A DNA stretch of 64,000 nt from Phoronis australis (lineage: Eukaryota > Animalia > Phoronida): NCBI GenBank assembly GCA_002633005.1, contig NMRA01000430.1, positions 62,001 through 126,000 of the forward strand. Direction: 5' to 3'. The notes under the pieces are model-generated. The model saw only the letters and a list, made by a program, of their open reading frames with translations. It ran no database searches and had not been told where the DNA came from. The translations under genes and the position numbers were made by a program. The first letter of the stretch is position 1, and the number at the start of each line of letters is the position of its first letter. Below, piece by piece: positions 38,136 to 50,398 of the stretch.

Positions 38136-41100
38136 GTAAGTCACATTTTGTATTTACCGCCCTCTGGTGTCTACTTATGGAGGTTCTATGTGAGCATCAA
38201 AAGAATTTGTAAGGCAAGGGACTATTTGAATGAGAGTAATTCTGACGGGAATGTGTTAAACGCCTGTGTTGAAGTTTTAGACAAGTTGATGTCTGCTTTA
38301 ACTGTTCAGGTGAAGCAACTGTAAGCATGCGACAAATTTTTTAATAAAATTATCTTTGTGATTTAGGTTGAATTGAAAGCTGATACTTCGTAAACAAGGC
38401 TTTCAATGGTATCGATGCGAAAAGTATTCCTTCTCCACCTGTTTATGGTGGGCCACATTGTTGTTTTTGTGGCCTCATTTTAAAGTCATCGTTTGCAACA
38501 CCTATGTTGGTTGCACGCTACAGCCAAATGAAACGGAAATATCCTGAAAGAGGAAGCGAAATTTTGTTGTCACTATTTTTCATTAAGCAATAATTTCTGT
38601 TTCTTTCTCAGTGGTGAATTGAGCTTCAATGTATTGTAATATCTTCCGGAACTGTTCAGTGTTGTTGGTTTCTGGTGTGCTTTCGTTGTAGAACTATACA
38701 TTTCTAGAAGTCGTGCGTCAAATATTCCTTTTTTGACAATGGCGTCATTTTTTTTTATAAATGCAGACATCATGCTGTGTCACATCCACTTTTGTCCGCC
38801 ATATTTTTGAACAGACTGCTGTTGACATGTTCATACTTTAGACAGGAGATAGATTAGTGCAGTGAGCCTGATCTGCTGGCAACACACTGTGTGAAAGGGA
38901 CAGCAGACTTCAAAGGGTTTTCAGGGGTCATCAGACATGGGTTGGACTCCAGGGCATGATACTCTCAAAGGCTCCCTTGTTTTACCTCCAAAACATGGTC
39001 ACTGGGGGAGGGGGTCCTTGTTTTCATCTGTGATCCTGCCTCTTTTAATCTACGAGATCTGAAGGCTGTGTGTTGTGTATAATGTAATCAGCTCAACTGA
39101 AGTTGGCTAGTGGATATGTTTGTACATTTGATCATGAGTTGACATTATGTACACACTACACTAAGCCAACATGACTTCAACACTTGATCAGCAGGAGACC
39201 AGTGTCGCCATGCAACTTCCAAGTGTTTTTGAGTTTCCTACTCCTACTAACATATTTTTCCGATTGTCGGTATTTTGGTTACATGCCAAAGATTGACATT
39301 AAGAATAAGTGATCTATTAACTTCCCTTTCCTTTTTTTCATTTCTGGCATACGATGCGAGTGGTAAACCGATCTCATATTCAGCAGCCATGATTCCTGGA
39401 CAGACATATGTGGTAAAGTTATCTTAATCGTTGCTTGGGGCCGCTACTTCTGCTTTGCTGAAGCAGGATTGCATAGTAAAAAGACCTGGAATCACTCTCA
39501 ATACAAGTGATATGCCCAAAAGTGTTAACAACTTTCCCAGAAAGCTTATCGAAATTGACAATTTTTGGTTGAAAAAGGTACTGATTGTTTCAATCGCTAA
39601 AAGTCTAAACAATTTCTGGATTTGTCATGTTTAGAAAATAGTTTTATTTGGAAATAAAATGTAACACACTCCCAAGGTATCGGGTATGTTTACATTAAAA
39701 TGGTGCGCGGGATCATAACAATGCCTTGAAAGTTATTTGATGAGCGCTAAGCCATTCTGAATCTTATAGATTTGAAAAAAATGTTATCAACAAATCACAT
39801 TATTTTGTGAGTTAAAACAACAGTATCACTGACAAAAACAACCATTTGTCTAGTGTTGGTCCTTTTCGTCTGTATGTTGGCCTTAATGGTCTGTCAGAGG
39901 CGGGGTATTGACTGGTCTGGTCAGTGGTAAAGAGCGATTCCTTGGTTTTCAGTTGAGCACACCGAATGCTTACTTCCTGTGCTTCCCAAAATGCTTTGCA
40001 GTAGTCCTAAAATGGCATTGTCTATTGAATTGTCTCGGGAGCTTTAAACTGTCCATGATGGATCCATTCATTTTATAATAATTTAACAATGGTAATGATT
40101 GCTACTGATGGCACACGTTTTGTCATTGTGTCGTTGCTAGAGGACCTAAGTCATCCAGGGTGCGCTGCCATGGGAGTTGTATACGAGATGTGCCACTCGA
40201 ATGGGGGGCTTTTTTCACGACCAGTGTTTCTGTTAAAGGGTGTCCTTATGTCAAAACTTTCTACGGAATGGTGCATTTTCTGATTTAGTTTCCTACAAAA
40301 GGTTCATTTAGGGAGTTAAAAACTTAAGCAAGGGAAACCATTTTCTTACTCTGCGTCAATGCGCAGAAGGATTTTTAATGTTTCCTATATTTTTTAAAGC
40401 TTTGATTGCCAAGGACATGCTCATTTTTGTCAACAAGGAATCTTTTATACTGTTTCAGGCTTAAAGGGTTGAAATGATGCCTGTCTAAGAATCTTGCAAA
40501 GGGGTTAGGTTTTTGTAAGGAACAAAAAGTGTTTCTAGACCAAAACTCTGCAAAAGGGTGACTTTCATGGAAGCTCTCTTAATGAGTGATTACCTTTTCC
40601 AGCTACTTCCCAGTCTAATAATAGTGGAGCACCCCTTGGGCTAGACTATGCCAGTCGCTCTTTGATCACATTTGACTACAGCATTGACACAGAACCCTGT
40701 TTCTTTGGGTCAGTCTCGTGATTGAGCGTTTTCTTCACTTTTTGGAAATTTCTGTTTACGTTTTTGTTGCCACTAAATGCGGATGCCAGTCATGTGACCA
40801 CGCGCTCACCTGTTCTATCTTTTGTGCTTGCTTTGCAGCTTCTCTCTGTTCAAGCGCCACGTAGATAAAATTCTAGATTTTTTATTTTTAAAAGAATTGT
40901 GTAATTGAGTACTCCTAATTTGTAATGTCTGAATACTTGTTAATACATAACTTAATAGCATCTCAATATTAATAATGAATTTCTGAAGTCTTGTCTCATT
41001 TTTGAAATGTCCAATCCGTTTTTTCCCATCTTTGTTTAAAAGTTAATAATCTTGATGTTTTCATTTCAAAGTTGGTGACCGTAAATCAAACCTCCTCAGT

Positions 41101-41289
41101 AGGGATCGGTTGTTATTTTGAAAAGGTCACAACATGTGTATGGAGTAACCTCAACATCACATAACATATGACAGTACCAGTCAATAAAGTGAGGTTGTCT
41201 TGCCTGGTCCCTGTCTAGACTGTATTATCTAGTCTATTGTTATTATCACTTGTTGTATCACTGTAACCATCTGTCTGCCTGTATTGTAG

Positions 41290-41478
41290 CAAAGTCCGTA
41301 CATCGCTGCAGCCTCCAACAGTTACCCCTACAGTGCCATGACCTCGATGTCCGGAGTTCTGCCCAGTGTTGCCACCTCTGATCCTAGTGCCATAACACAG
41401 CCACAGGCGGCTGCTTCGCCTAATTCCGTCACGACTACCATGCCAGCACCTAAGATGCAGCGACCAGACAGACTGGAG
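41290..41478 (+). CDS. MBNL: Muscleblind coding exon 3 (linker ending PKMQRPDRLE)
   Basis: Acceptor ttgtag, QSPYIAAASNSYPYSAM...PAPKMQRPDRLE, donor gtaaca. 189 nt, phase 0/0. The KxxRxDRLE|V junction is typical of MBNL. Confidence 0.92.
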
Positions 41479-42994
41479 GTAACATTATGAGTTGCGTGAC
41501 TGCACACACAGTTGACTACGACCATGTAGAACCTCTCAACTCCCACTCAAACCATCCACTGCAGTTTAGATCTTGTGTTGTGCATGCTTGGCTGTCAACA
41601 GTCTCTTACTTATTGTTAGTCGACACCCTACTTCAGTCTATTTAAGTCCTCATGCAGTCTATTGTTTCACGTTTACATCATACATGTTCACTTATATCTA
41701 CCTGTTCTGTTTTTGTTACAAATACTGAAATTGGAACTAGGTGCTAAGGATTTAAAGCATTGAGCAAGCGTTAGTCATTTTGGCACATCTGACCGGTGTC
41801 GTGCATCCTAAATGGTGTATTTGTCTACATTACACGTGTCCGCTGTCACGCATCGAAGATGGAGCAGCGCACTTTGGACATGTCAGTTATGTGTGAGCTA
41901 CTATGTTATTTTCATTTTTAAATCAAAATAGTTTTCAAAAACGATGTTGTTTTGCAAAAATTCGTCACTGACGCCAGACTCGAAAACGAGGCGATGAATG
42001 TTGAGGAGTTAGTGTCAGTTGTTCAGCTTTCCTGCTGTTGTGTTCTAACTGGCATGATGAAACTACAAAAGGAAGTGTCGCTACTCGGTCATTGAGCTCT
42101 TGTTCAGTGTTGCTAGATGATGTCAAGGTCATGGCCACTCTTCTCACTTTATCTATGCAAGCCATTGTTTTTGCATTCTTAATTTCGTCACAGTTCAGTT
42201 TGTGCTAAGCCGCTTAGACTGGTCTTGCTCAAAGTTAATCCTTACAGTTTTATTCATTTCAGTATGTTAAAAACTGACAAAGAAAAGTGACTCTAAATCT
42301 TGAAAACAAAATAGTTTTATGTTGTGGTTTGCCCAACTTAGTCTTTGAAGCAATTTATTAAGTTAACAAATGTATGGGTCAACGTTGTTTGTTAACTAAA
42401 TGTAGATTTTGCTGTCTTTGTAAACTTTGGCACATTCCCTCTTAAAAACCACCGTAAAAATTACATTATTTATGCATTTGGTCGCAAATTGCGATGGAAG
42501 AGAACATGCAAACATGCCACCTTGGCTTTTATCTCCTTCATCTGTGCAACACCGCAGTTCGACTTCCTATCTTTCCAAATATTTGCACATTTTCTAATTT
42601 AGCCAAACCGTCAGTGAAGATGACACAAATGAAGAATGTACACGGCATACGGTGTCACGTGGCGTTGCAGCTACTTTCAAGATTTAAGAGTCGTATCTTT
42701 GCAAAGCACCACTGTCCTATATCTTGACCCCTGTATCGTAGTCCTGGGCACCACTGCTAGCTTTGTGGCCTTAATCTTTACCACTTTTTTCTTTCGGTAA
42801 AAAACTCAGCTTATCAGCTTTTCGCAACTCTTTGCGTGCAAACTGTGTTACTTTCTGATTTGAGAAGCTCTACGCTTTGAATATGGGGCAACCTCTGACT
42901 GACGACAGTGCCGCGTGCTGGTTGGTTGGTTTTGCAAAATCAACGTTTCGGTAAAAAGCTGGTCACCTTAAGGCTTGAGTGTTTGAATTTTCAG

Positions 42995-43231
42995 GTGTGC
43001 CGCGAATTTCAGCGGGGCACTTGTACTAGACACGCCAACGAGTGTCGTTACGCGCACCCACCCGAAAGTGTCTGTATTGAGCAAACTGACAACACAGTAA
43101 CAGTCTGTATGGACAATGTAAAGGGCAAGTGCTCCCGGGACTCCTGTAGATATTTCCACCCCCCTGCTCACCTACACGCTCAGATTAAAGCAAACCAGCA
43201 AAGAGCTAACTCTGCTGCTGTGCAAGCAATG
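42995..43231 (+). CDS. MBNL: Muscleblind coding exon 4 (ZnF3-ZnF4)
   Basis: Acceptor tttcag, [25 protein letters not shown]...[45 protein letters not shown], donor gtagga. 237 nt. Confidence 0.97.
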
Positions 43232-43316
43232 GTAGGAACATCCAGCTAGATCTCTTCACTTTGTTCTTTGTCTCGTGTTATTGTATCTCTAGTGAGAACA
43301 AGCCCCTGTGTCCTGT

Positions 43317-43885
43317 CCTGTCAGACAGCCATGTCTGCTTCCAAATGGACCTGTCGGACAGATCCAGTACAGCCATGCTTGGACTCTAAGTGGACCTGTC
43401 AGACAGACCCAGTACAGCCATGCTGGCCCCTAACTGGTTCTGGCAGACAGACCCAGTACAGCCTTGGTGGCCACTAACTGGTCCTGTCAGACAGACCCAG
43501 TACCGTCATGCCTGGCCTCTAACTGGACCTGTCAGACAGACCCAGTACAGCCATGCTGGCCACTAAGTGGTCCTGTCAGACAGACCCAGTGCAGTCATGG
43601 TGGCCACTAACTGGTCCTGTCAGACAGACCCAGTACAGCCATACTGGCCCCTAACTGGTCCTGTCAGACAGACCCAGTACAGCCATGGTGGCCACTAACT
43701 GGTCCGTCCTGTCAGACAGACCCAGTACAGTCATGCCTGGACTCTAACTGGGCCTGTCAGACAGACCCAGTAGTCATACCTGGCCTCTAACTAGTCCTGT
43801 CAGACAAACCCAGTACAGCCATGGTGGCCCCCTAACTGGTCCTGTCAGACAGACCCGGTACAGTCATGCCTGGCCTCTAACTGGA
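43317..43885. repeat. About 43-bp intronic minisatellite (CCTGTCAGACAGACCCAGTACAGCCATGCTGGCCACTAACTGGT), about 13 copies
   Basis: Head-to-tail copies with no unique spacers. Confidence 0.95.
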
Positions 43886-44807
43886 TTTTCCGCTGCCTGT
43901 GGCTCCCTCTATCAACCTACAACAACTTTCGTAGCTTGTCACTTTAGTTTGCATGTGTGAAAGCCTGCTTGTCTGTTCTTAGTACCTGAGTGTATACCTA
44001 GCCAGATGAAGTTATAAAATGTACAAGTACTTCATTGAATGTCGTCTGCTTTGGTCAAAAGAAGCCCACATTCACATGGTCCTGTTATCACTAGAGATGT
44101 GTAGAGCACCATAGCCAGCACTATAGATATGGTACAGTGATGAGTCACTGTCTGCTTCAAACTGTGACAGAGTGTCGGCTTGCTTCTCTTCTCATCATCA
44201 ACATGACATTCTGTTGTACTACAACTTTGCCTACAGCTTCTCTGTATTTCAGTTAATTGTTGGCGGTCATGACACTCTCAAATTGATGCTAACCGACAGT
44301 ATTAAGTCGACTTAATGTTGTAACTTTCAGATATATGATAATTGACTCTTAACATTACTGGTGCAGTACTGTTGACCTTGTATCGTGTTTATTTGTCTAT
44401 TGTTCAGCTCAGTTTCAGTCTCCTGCTTGCCTTTCAATTCATGTGTAGCTCGCACACACTACTGGCAGGTCCTTGTCCGGTGGTCGCTGCCTGGACCTGC
44501 TCTGGTCATGGTCATATCAGCCTGTCCTGTTACAACTTCTGTGCACTAATCCTGCAGTAATGTTTTTGCCTGTTAGTGTTATGACACTGTGTGTTTCTTT
44601 TGAAGTTTATATTGAAAGGCATGTGGGTTGAAGTTGAGCTGTATTTATTTATCGCATGTTGGTTGAACATGTCAACTCAGATGGTGCTTTTTCTTTTTTA
44701 TTTTATCACCCATCGTGCCTTGCCGCTTGCCTGTGTCATGTGCCGCCATCCCTGCAAATGCTGCCATTTCATTGGCCAAAATGCCATCGTGCTCGCATAC
44801 TAATTAG

Positions 44808-44873
44808 CCGCCAGTGGTTGAGGTCAAGACAGCCCTGAAGCGACCTCGTGACCCTGCAGACGATCTCGTTCTG
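44808..44873 (+). CDS. MBNL: Muscleblind 66-nt cassette (NLS) exon, PPVVEVKTALKRPRDPADDLVL
   Basis: Acceptor taattag, donor gtacta, phase 0/0. LKRP basic motif; same position and donor as recalled for vertebrate MBNL1 exon 5 (KSLKRPLEATFDL|gtacta). Confidence 0.85.
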
Positions 44874-46833
44874 GTACTATTACCCATCATGCTTTGCATG
44901 TAGCAGTAATTTGATAGTCATGCTTTGATAGGACAGTTGCACAGTCACATGATGTTTAGCTATAATTTCTGTGCGCATTAGTCTTTCACTTGTGTTTCAC
45001 AGGCAACAACTCGCTATTGTATACATATATTTCGCCTTCTTGGCTTACGTACATGTGTGCTACTTGGTTATGGCCAGCTGGAACGTACATACGCTGTTGG
45101 CAGGTGGTGCTGTATCACGGGCTACTCATTCACCTTCGTTTCTTTCCATCTTGGGGAAAAGTCAACAGCTTCTGTAATCCTCAAATTTCCAACACTTTCA
45201 ATTGTTCAAAATGCTTGTCATGTGATTTTGCTGTCCTTTGTCAGAGTTTTGACTACTATTTACTATCTTAATGTAGCTCAACTTTCTCATGTTTATTTAC
45301 CATACAATTGTCATGTGTTAGTGTTTGGTTTTTGGTTTTGTGTAGAATGCCACTTTCACCTTGTTATGGCCCGATTTGTATGAACGTCTCTCTACTGCGC
45401 TCTTAACCACACCTTCCACACAAATCAATATTTTGTCTGTGTTGCATAAAATAAAGACCTACTACTCAACATCTTGCCCCCTGTGTGTCAGAGTGTGTAT
45501 CCGTCTGCCTCTGGTGAGTTTGGCCAGCAGACTGTGACCGAATTGGACCAAAACATTGAAAATGTTAATGTAACTAAATCATAGCTATTTCCTGTTCTTG
45601 AATTACAATAATTTTACAAACTCTAGCTGTCTTTCCTCCCTTTTTACATACTTGTGAAATTGGTGTTCTGCACAAAATTGTGTTTAAAGTGCATTTGATG
45701 AAGTCATGACGCTTGACAGTGTTTACTGACCCTCCCTGGTGCAGGACAGTCAGCACTGTCGGCTGTTTGTGATTGAAGGAAACTGAGCAGTCTACGTTTC
45801 ATTTAGATTCTCTATCTTACAAATACACTGTGCATATTTTTGGATTCATGATCTTTTCCAAGTTGTCCTGTAATTGTTTTGTAAAATTTTGTCACTGCAT
45901 CTTTTGTTCCTGGAAACTACAATTAACTCTGAAATATTCCGATGCTTTTTATGGACTAGACTATTAACAAAAGTTAACATGGCGTGCATGCGAGCCAGGC
46001 ATGGCGCGTGTCATTCTACTCGCTTTATACTCAGTCTGCAGTGACTCAATTTAAAGACACAGCCTTCATTTATTTTGCCCACAGTGAGCGATCAAACTGA
46101 TGAGCATCACCTCACAAATACAAGTGTGAGGTCACGACCTCACAAGTAAAGGTGTGAGGTCACGACCTCACAACTACAAGTGTGACGTCATGGTTGAACA
46201 GGCTGTGTGGTGGTGTCCTCGCCAACCCCACGGCCTGCGTATCCAAGCTGTCTTCAATGAGCTTGTTCTGGCTTATAAAGATTAATTGATGGAACCTAAA
46301 TAGGCAGTGGAGTGTAATTGGCCCAGTGAAGTGGCTACACTTCCTCTGTCTGATCTGAACTGAACACCAGATGAAAATGAGTGTCAAATATCTCATTCTG
46401 AAAAACATTGATAAGAAGCACCACCTGTCTTGACCCGTGTAAACGGACAAGACAAGTGTTGAAGGATTGTGATATTTCACAAAGCGCGTTTACATGAAAC
46501 TGCCTGTTGGTAATGTAAATTGCAGACTTGTTATGTGCGGTCAAGTTGTGTCATTTATAAATCGTGGTCTGTCACTTTTCACTGTATTTGACAAAAAGTT
46601 GTGAAAGATGGTTGGTTTGTGTGTCATTTGAACTTGATCATCACTGTGTTAGGTCAAACCACTTAGACATTATCATGTGTAAAATGTTGACTAAATAAGT
46701 GTACTTGGGGTGGCTGGAGCGACTTCCACTGAGTTCATCTTTAAATTGATACGTTTAAGTTGGACCACTGAAACACAGGCGAATTGCATAAATGAAATAA
46801 CGGTTTTGTTTTTCCAAAAAATGGTGGTAAATA

Positions 46834-47407
46834 CCGGTATATTGCCCTAGTAAGCATCCTTGTTCTTTATAAGTTCTCCAAACAGGAATTTCTCTACATT
46901 GTTATGTTCCCTAACCTCCAGACTCTCTGTAGAGTTCATATTTTCCAGTCACAATGCCCTTCAACAATCTGCCATGTTTCAAGAAAAGTAAATAGCTTGT
47001 GATTTTACCACACAGAAACATGAAACTAATAAAGTAATGAAGTAATAAATGCGCGCTAACTTTACATGTGGTTCAGTTAATATCACAGGAAGTCTATACC
47101 AGTTCCCGTTGCATCTGGTTTCAGTCAAACATGACTTTGATTTAGAGGTCTGTGGTGTCAAATGTAGATAATTGTTTAGACCAATTTGGTTGTCTATGAC
47201 AATGAAAGGGTGAACAAATTATGAAATATCGTATCAATCAGTTTGAAAACTGCGTGTCACTAGTAGTACTGTGGTAAAACATTGTCACAAGTAAGCCTGC
47301 CCTCTGGTGGCGGCTAGTTGCAGTTTGGGGCTACATTTTCACCGAATTAAGCGCCCTCTGTTGTCATGACTTCCTGATGTCCTGGGTGCTTCTTAGGGCA
47401 AATACGG
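46834..47407. mobile_element. Degenerate element with TIRs like those of the 9148-10625 element
   Basis: Left end CCGGTATATTGCCCTAGTAAGC, right end GCTTCTTAGGGCAAATACGG. Confidence 0.45.
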
Positions 47408-47592
47408 TGTGTTCATTGTTATCGCCGTTATTAAAATTGTCTGTTAATGAATTGGGCATGGGTCTTGTCTAGTCTGATCAAAACCTCTCGAGTCTCAGAT
47501 GATCGACACTGAAAATTTCCTTCAACAAATTTTTCACCATCTTGTTTCGCTCTGCCTCAAGCTGCCCCTTGTCCATCCAATGAAGAGGTCTG

Positions 47593-48018
47593 TGCCCGAT
47601 TGCATGAAACTGCCAAATAGAGACTCAACTAAGTTCCTATATCACCTGCGTATTTGCGGACTTGTGAAAATAATGATTGTGTTTCCTTATGCTGTTTTAG
47701 TTTCATTGCTAAGTCAATTTTTGATTTTGATACACATATATGGTGAATCCTACGTAGAATTCTCAGGATTATCGAAAGTAAATAGGGATCTTTTCCTGCA
47801 ACGCCCCTTATTTAAGGACTAAGTCCCTAATATTTTTTTCATCAAACTCAGGGCTCAGTTTCCAGTTATATTAATAGAAAATGACATTAGTCAATGAGAA
47901 GCTAATAACAAAGATGAAATGATAAAAAGGATTGCATCTGTGAGTAAAAAACGACAAAATGCACAAAAGATTTAGGGAACTCAGTTAAGTGCCTATTGAC
48001 TGTTTCATGCAACTGGCC
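47593..48018. mobile_element. Harbinger-like MITE
   Basis: About 45-bp imperfect TIRs: GCCCGATTGCATGAAACTGCCAAATAGAGACTCAACTAAGTTCC versus the reverse-complemented right end GGCCAGTTGCATGAAACAGTCAATAGGCACTTAACTGAGTTCC. Confidence 0.65.
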
Positions 48019-48237
48019 ATTGGGGTCTGAGGTCTGACCTATTAACCTCACCCTTTCCTGTATGTCAGGCTGTGTATAGTGCTATAACATTTTAGTCCAG
48101 TGATTTAAGTTCAGGTTTGCCTGTGGATTAAATGAGAAGTTTTAGCCAGTGTTAGACCACAAAAATGACACATCTCTCTTGCTGTATGTCTCAGTGTTTG
48201 TTTACTAACTGCCCTTCGTCATTTGTTCCCCATCTAG

Positions 48238-48427
48238 CAGTACACAGGAGGCTTGCCACAGACAGCTATGGGTTTCCCACCCACCATGTTGAACTATTAC
48301 AAGAGACCAGCGCTGGCCGATGGTAAGAGTGGCCTCCCAGTCTACCAGCCTGCTACGGTGGTCAACTACCAGACACTAGCAGCCATGCAGATGGCCGGCC
48401 AGCCGCAGGCGTACGTGCCCATGTCAT
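48238..48427 (+). CDS. MBNL: Muscleblind exon with the KRPAL motif (NAGNAG acceptor; alternative start 48241)
   Basis: TACTAAC at 48203, acceptor tag/cag, QYTGGLPQTAMGFPPTMLNYYKRPALADGKSGLPVYQP...QAYVPMS+T, donor gtaagt. Phase 0/1. Confidence 0.92.
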
Positions 48428-49778
48428 GTAAGTAGGTCACACTAATGCTGCCTGTGTAGAGCGTTATTGCATGAGTTCTCGGTTGAATGCACCAATTGAC
48501 CTATCTCCAACTGAATGTTTTGATTGCATGGTCGGTCGGAGCATGGTTATGCGCTCACATGTTATGTGGTCGCATATTGTCGTCCTGTCCCAGTGGCAGC
48601 ACAATATCTTAATAACGGCTGGTCGCATCTTAGTGAAATATGTTACCAGGGTGTGGGCCATCAGTAGAGTGGTGCACAACACTTTTCAATCTGCTCCCAG
48701 GGCTAGAAGGCTGGCGTTTTCAGTGTTTTGTTTGAGGGATGAGTGTTTCCAAAGGAAATCTATAGAACTGATGGACAGATTTCAGCACACCCTTATGTGT
48801 CTTTTAGTCTCAAGGGTTTTTCAGTATCTTTTGGGAATGAGCATTTCCGAGTCATATCTCAAAAATTGGTCCGTCAATTTTAATAAAACACAACAGAGAG
48901 GTATCCGATGTCAATGTGCTGACACCAGTCAAGTTTTGGGCAAATTTGAATTCTGATCCCCCTCAAATCATTTTTCTGTCTGCCTTTGTGCCTGCCAGTC
49001 TCGGATGCCTAGTGCTTTTTTCCTTTGTGGCATTTTTTATATTTTTTTGTTGAAAATGTTGAAAACTTCATTTTTGACTTGATCTTAGTTTAAATGGGAA
49101 GATGCCTTGAAGGCTTATGTCAATTTGACTACTACAGCTCCTCTGTGTGTCAAAATGTTGTCTCCTAGTATTTCACATGAAGCTGACGATCACCCCTGGG
49201 TAAATACCGTTTGCTGTGTACAGTGGGTACATATCCATGCATTGGTCTGGTTAAATTTAGATGCTATCTATTAAATATGCGCCCATGATCATTAGAGCTT
49301 GCCAGAAGTTATGATGAAGAATGCAGAGCTGTTGGTTGTTTGGTGATGGGTCAAATATGTGAACTATGGAATGTATGCTAGCTTTATACTCAAATGTTAT
49401 CTGGCTGGGTTGCTTTGTGTGTTTTTAAAACTCTTTATGGACACTTAAATTTTCACATTTTGTTGCTTTTCATGTACCTTTCACTAAGTATTTTTATTTT
49501 AAACAAAAAGTTTTTTTTCTCATTTCAACAACTCCTCGTGTGACACCTGTTTGTTATATTTTCACGTCTGGCTGTTACTACTGCGCAATGCTGTCACAAA
49601 CAATTGTCTCAATTCTTCCCGTTTGTTTTCATTGAAAGACGCTTTCTATCTTGTTGATTACGAAAGTATTGTATTGGTTGTTTTGTGCATGACTATAATT
49701 TGACAGCTTGTGACTAACTACTTGGTGTGTTTCATTTCATATCTGATTGCCTGCTGCTTGCATGCTTCCTTTTCACAG

Positions 49779-49894
49779 TGCCCTTTGTACCCACGCTGCA
49801 GCCGTTAGGGGGCGCCACCCCCGCCCCTGGTGCCGCCACCGCTCACCTCGTTACTAACGCCTCTAGCGTTGTTTACTTAGACGATAACAATCAG
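49779..49894 (+). CDS. MBNL: Muscleblind 116-nt frame-shifting exon, LPFVPTLQPLGGATPAPGAATAHLVTNASSVVYLDDNNQ
   Basis: Acceptor tttcacag, donor CAG|gtagtt. Phase 1/0 links the KRPAL exon to the ZnF5 frame; GC-rich against AT-rich flanks. Confidence 0.88.
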
Positions 49895-49942
49895 GTAGTT
49901 TATCACTTTTTGGCTACCCTACATGTGTTGCTAACAATTTAA

Positions 49943-50398
49943 AGGTGAACTATCCCTGGTTTCTTGTGCTGCTTCTAACAACCAATAATCTAATAGATTT
50001 TGGCTCTTGAAGAGACCTGCGCTAGTTTAGTCGTTTCTTATCATCCCTTGATCAGCCGCATAGCCTGGGGTAGACAAATTCTGTAGCTAAAGCTAAACGG
50101 CTTCAAAACGCTCTTGGATTTTAACCAAGTCAAGTGTGTATTTGCAACAGTTGAAGTCAAATGAAATTAACAAGACTTACTGTTGAGTAGAGACTACAGA
50201 ACTGTTACCAACTTGTGTGTTAAAACCCGCTGTCCCAAAATATTGAATTACCTTTTATCAATGGCTGACTGTAGACTTGTTACTGCTTGTGGCCAGCGCA
50301 GTGCTTACGGACTTAAAACACTGTCAAAATGACATGTTGAATTTTGTTTTGAGCAACTCATACAGGTATCAGCCCTGGGCTATAGGGATAGTTCCTCT
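49943..50398. mobile_element. Kolobok-like MITE with TTAA target-site duplication
   Basis: TTAA-AGGTGAACTATCCCT...AGGGATAGTTCCTCT-TTAA. Confidence 0.7.

Noticed and set aside
43317-43885. CRISPR-like appearance of the 43-bp array (also 55314-55490 and 61445-61735)
   Set aside because: No unique spacers, no cas genes, and eukaryotic intronic or UTR location.
48471-48956. 161-aa ORF directly after the KRPAL exon
   Set aside because: Intronic, no recognisable domain, and its 3' end runs into an interspersed-repeat module.
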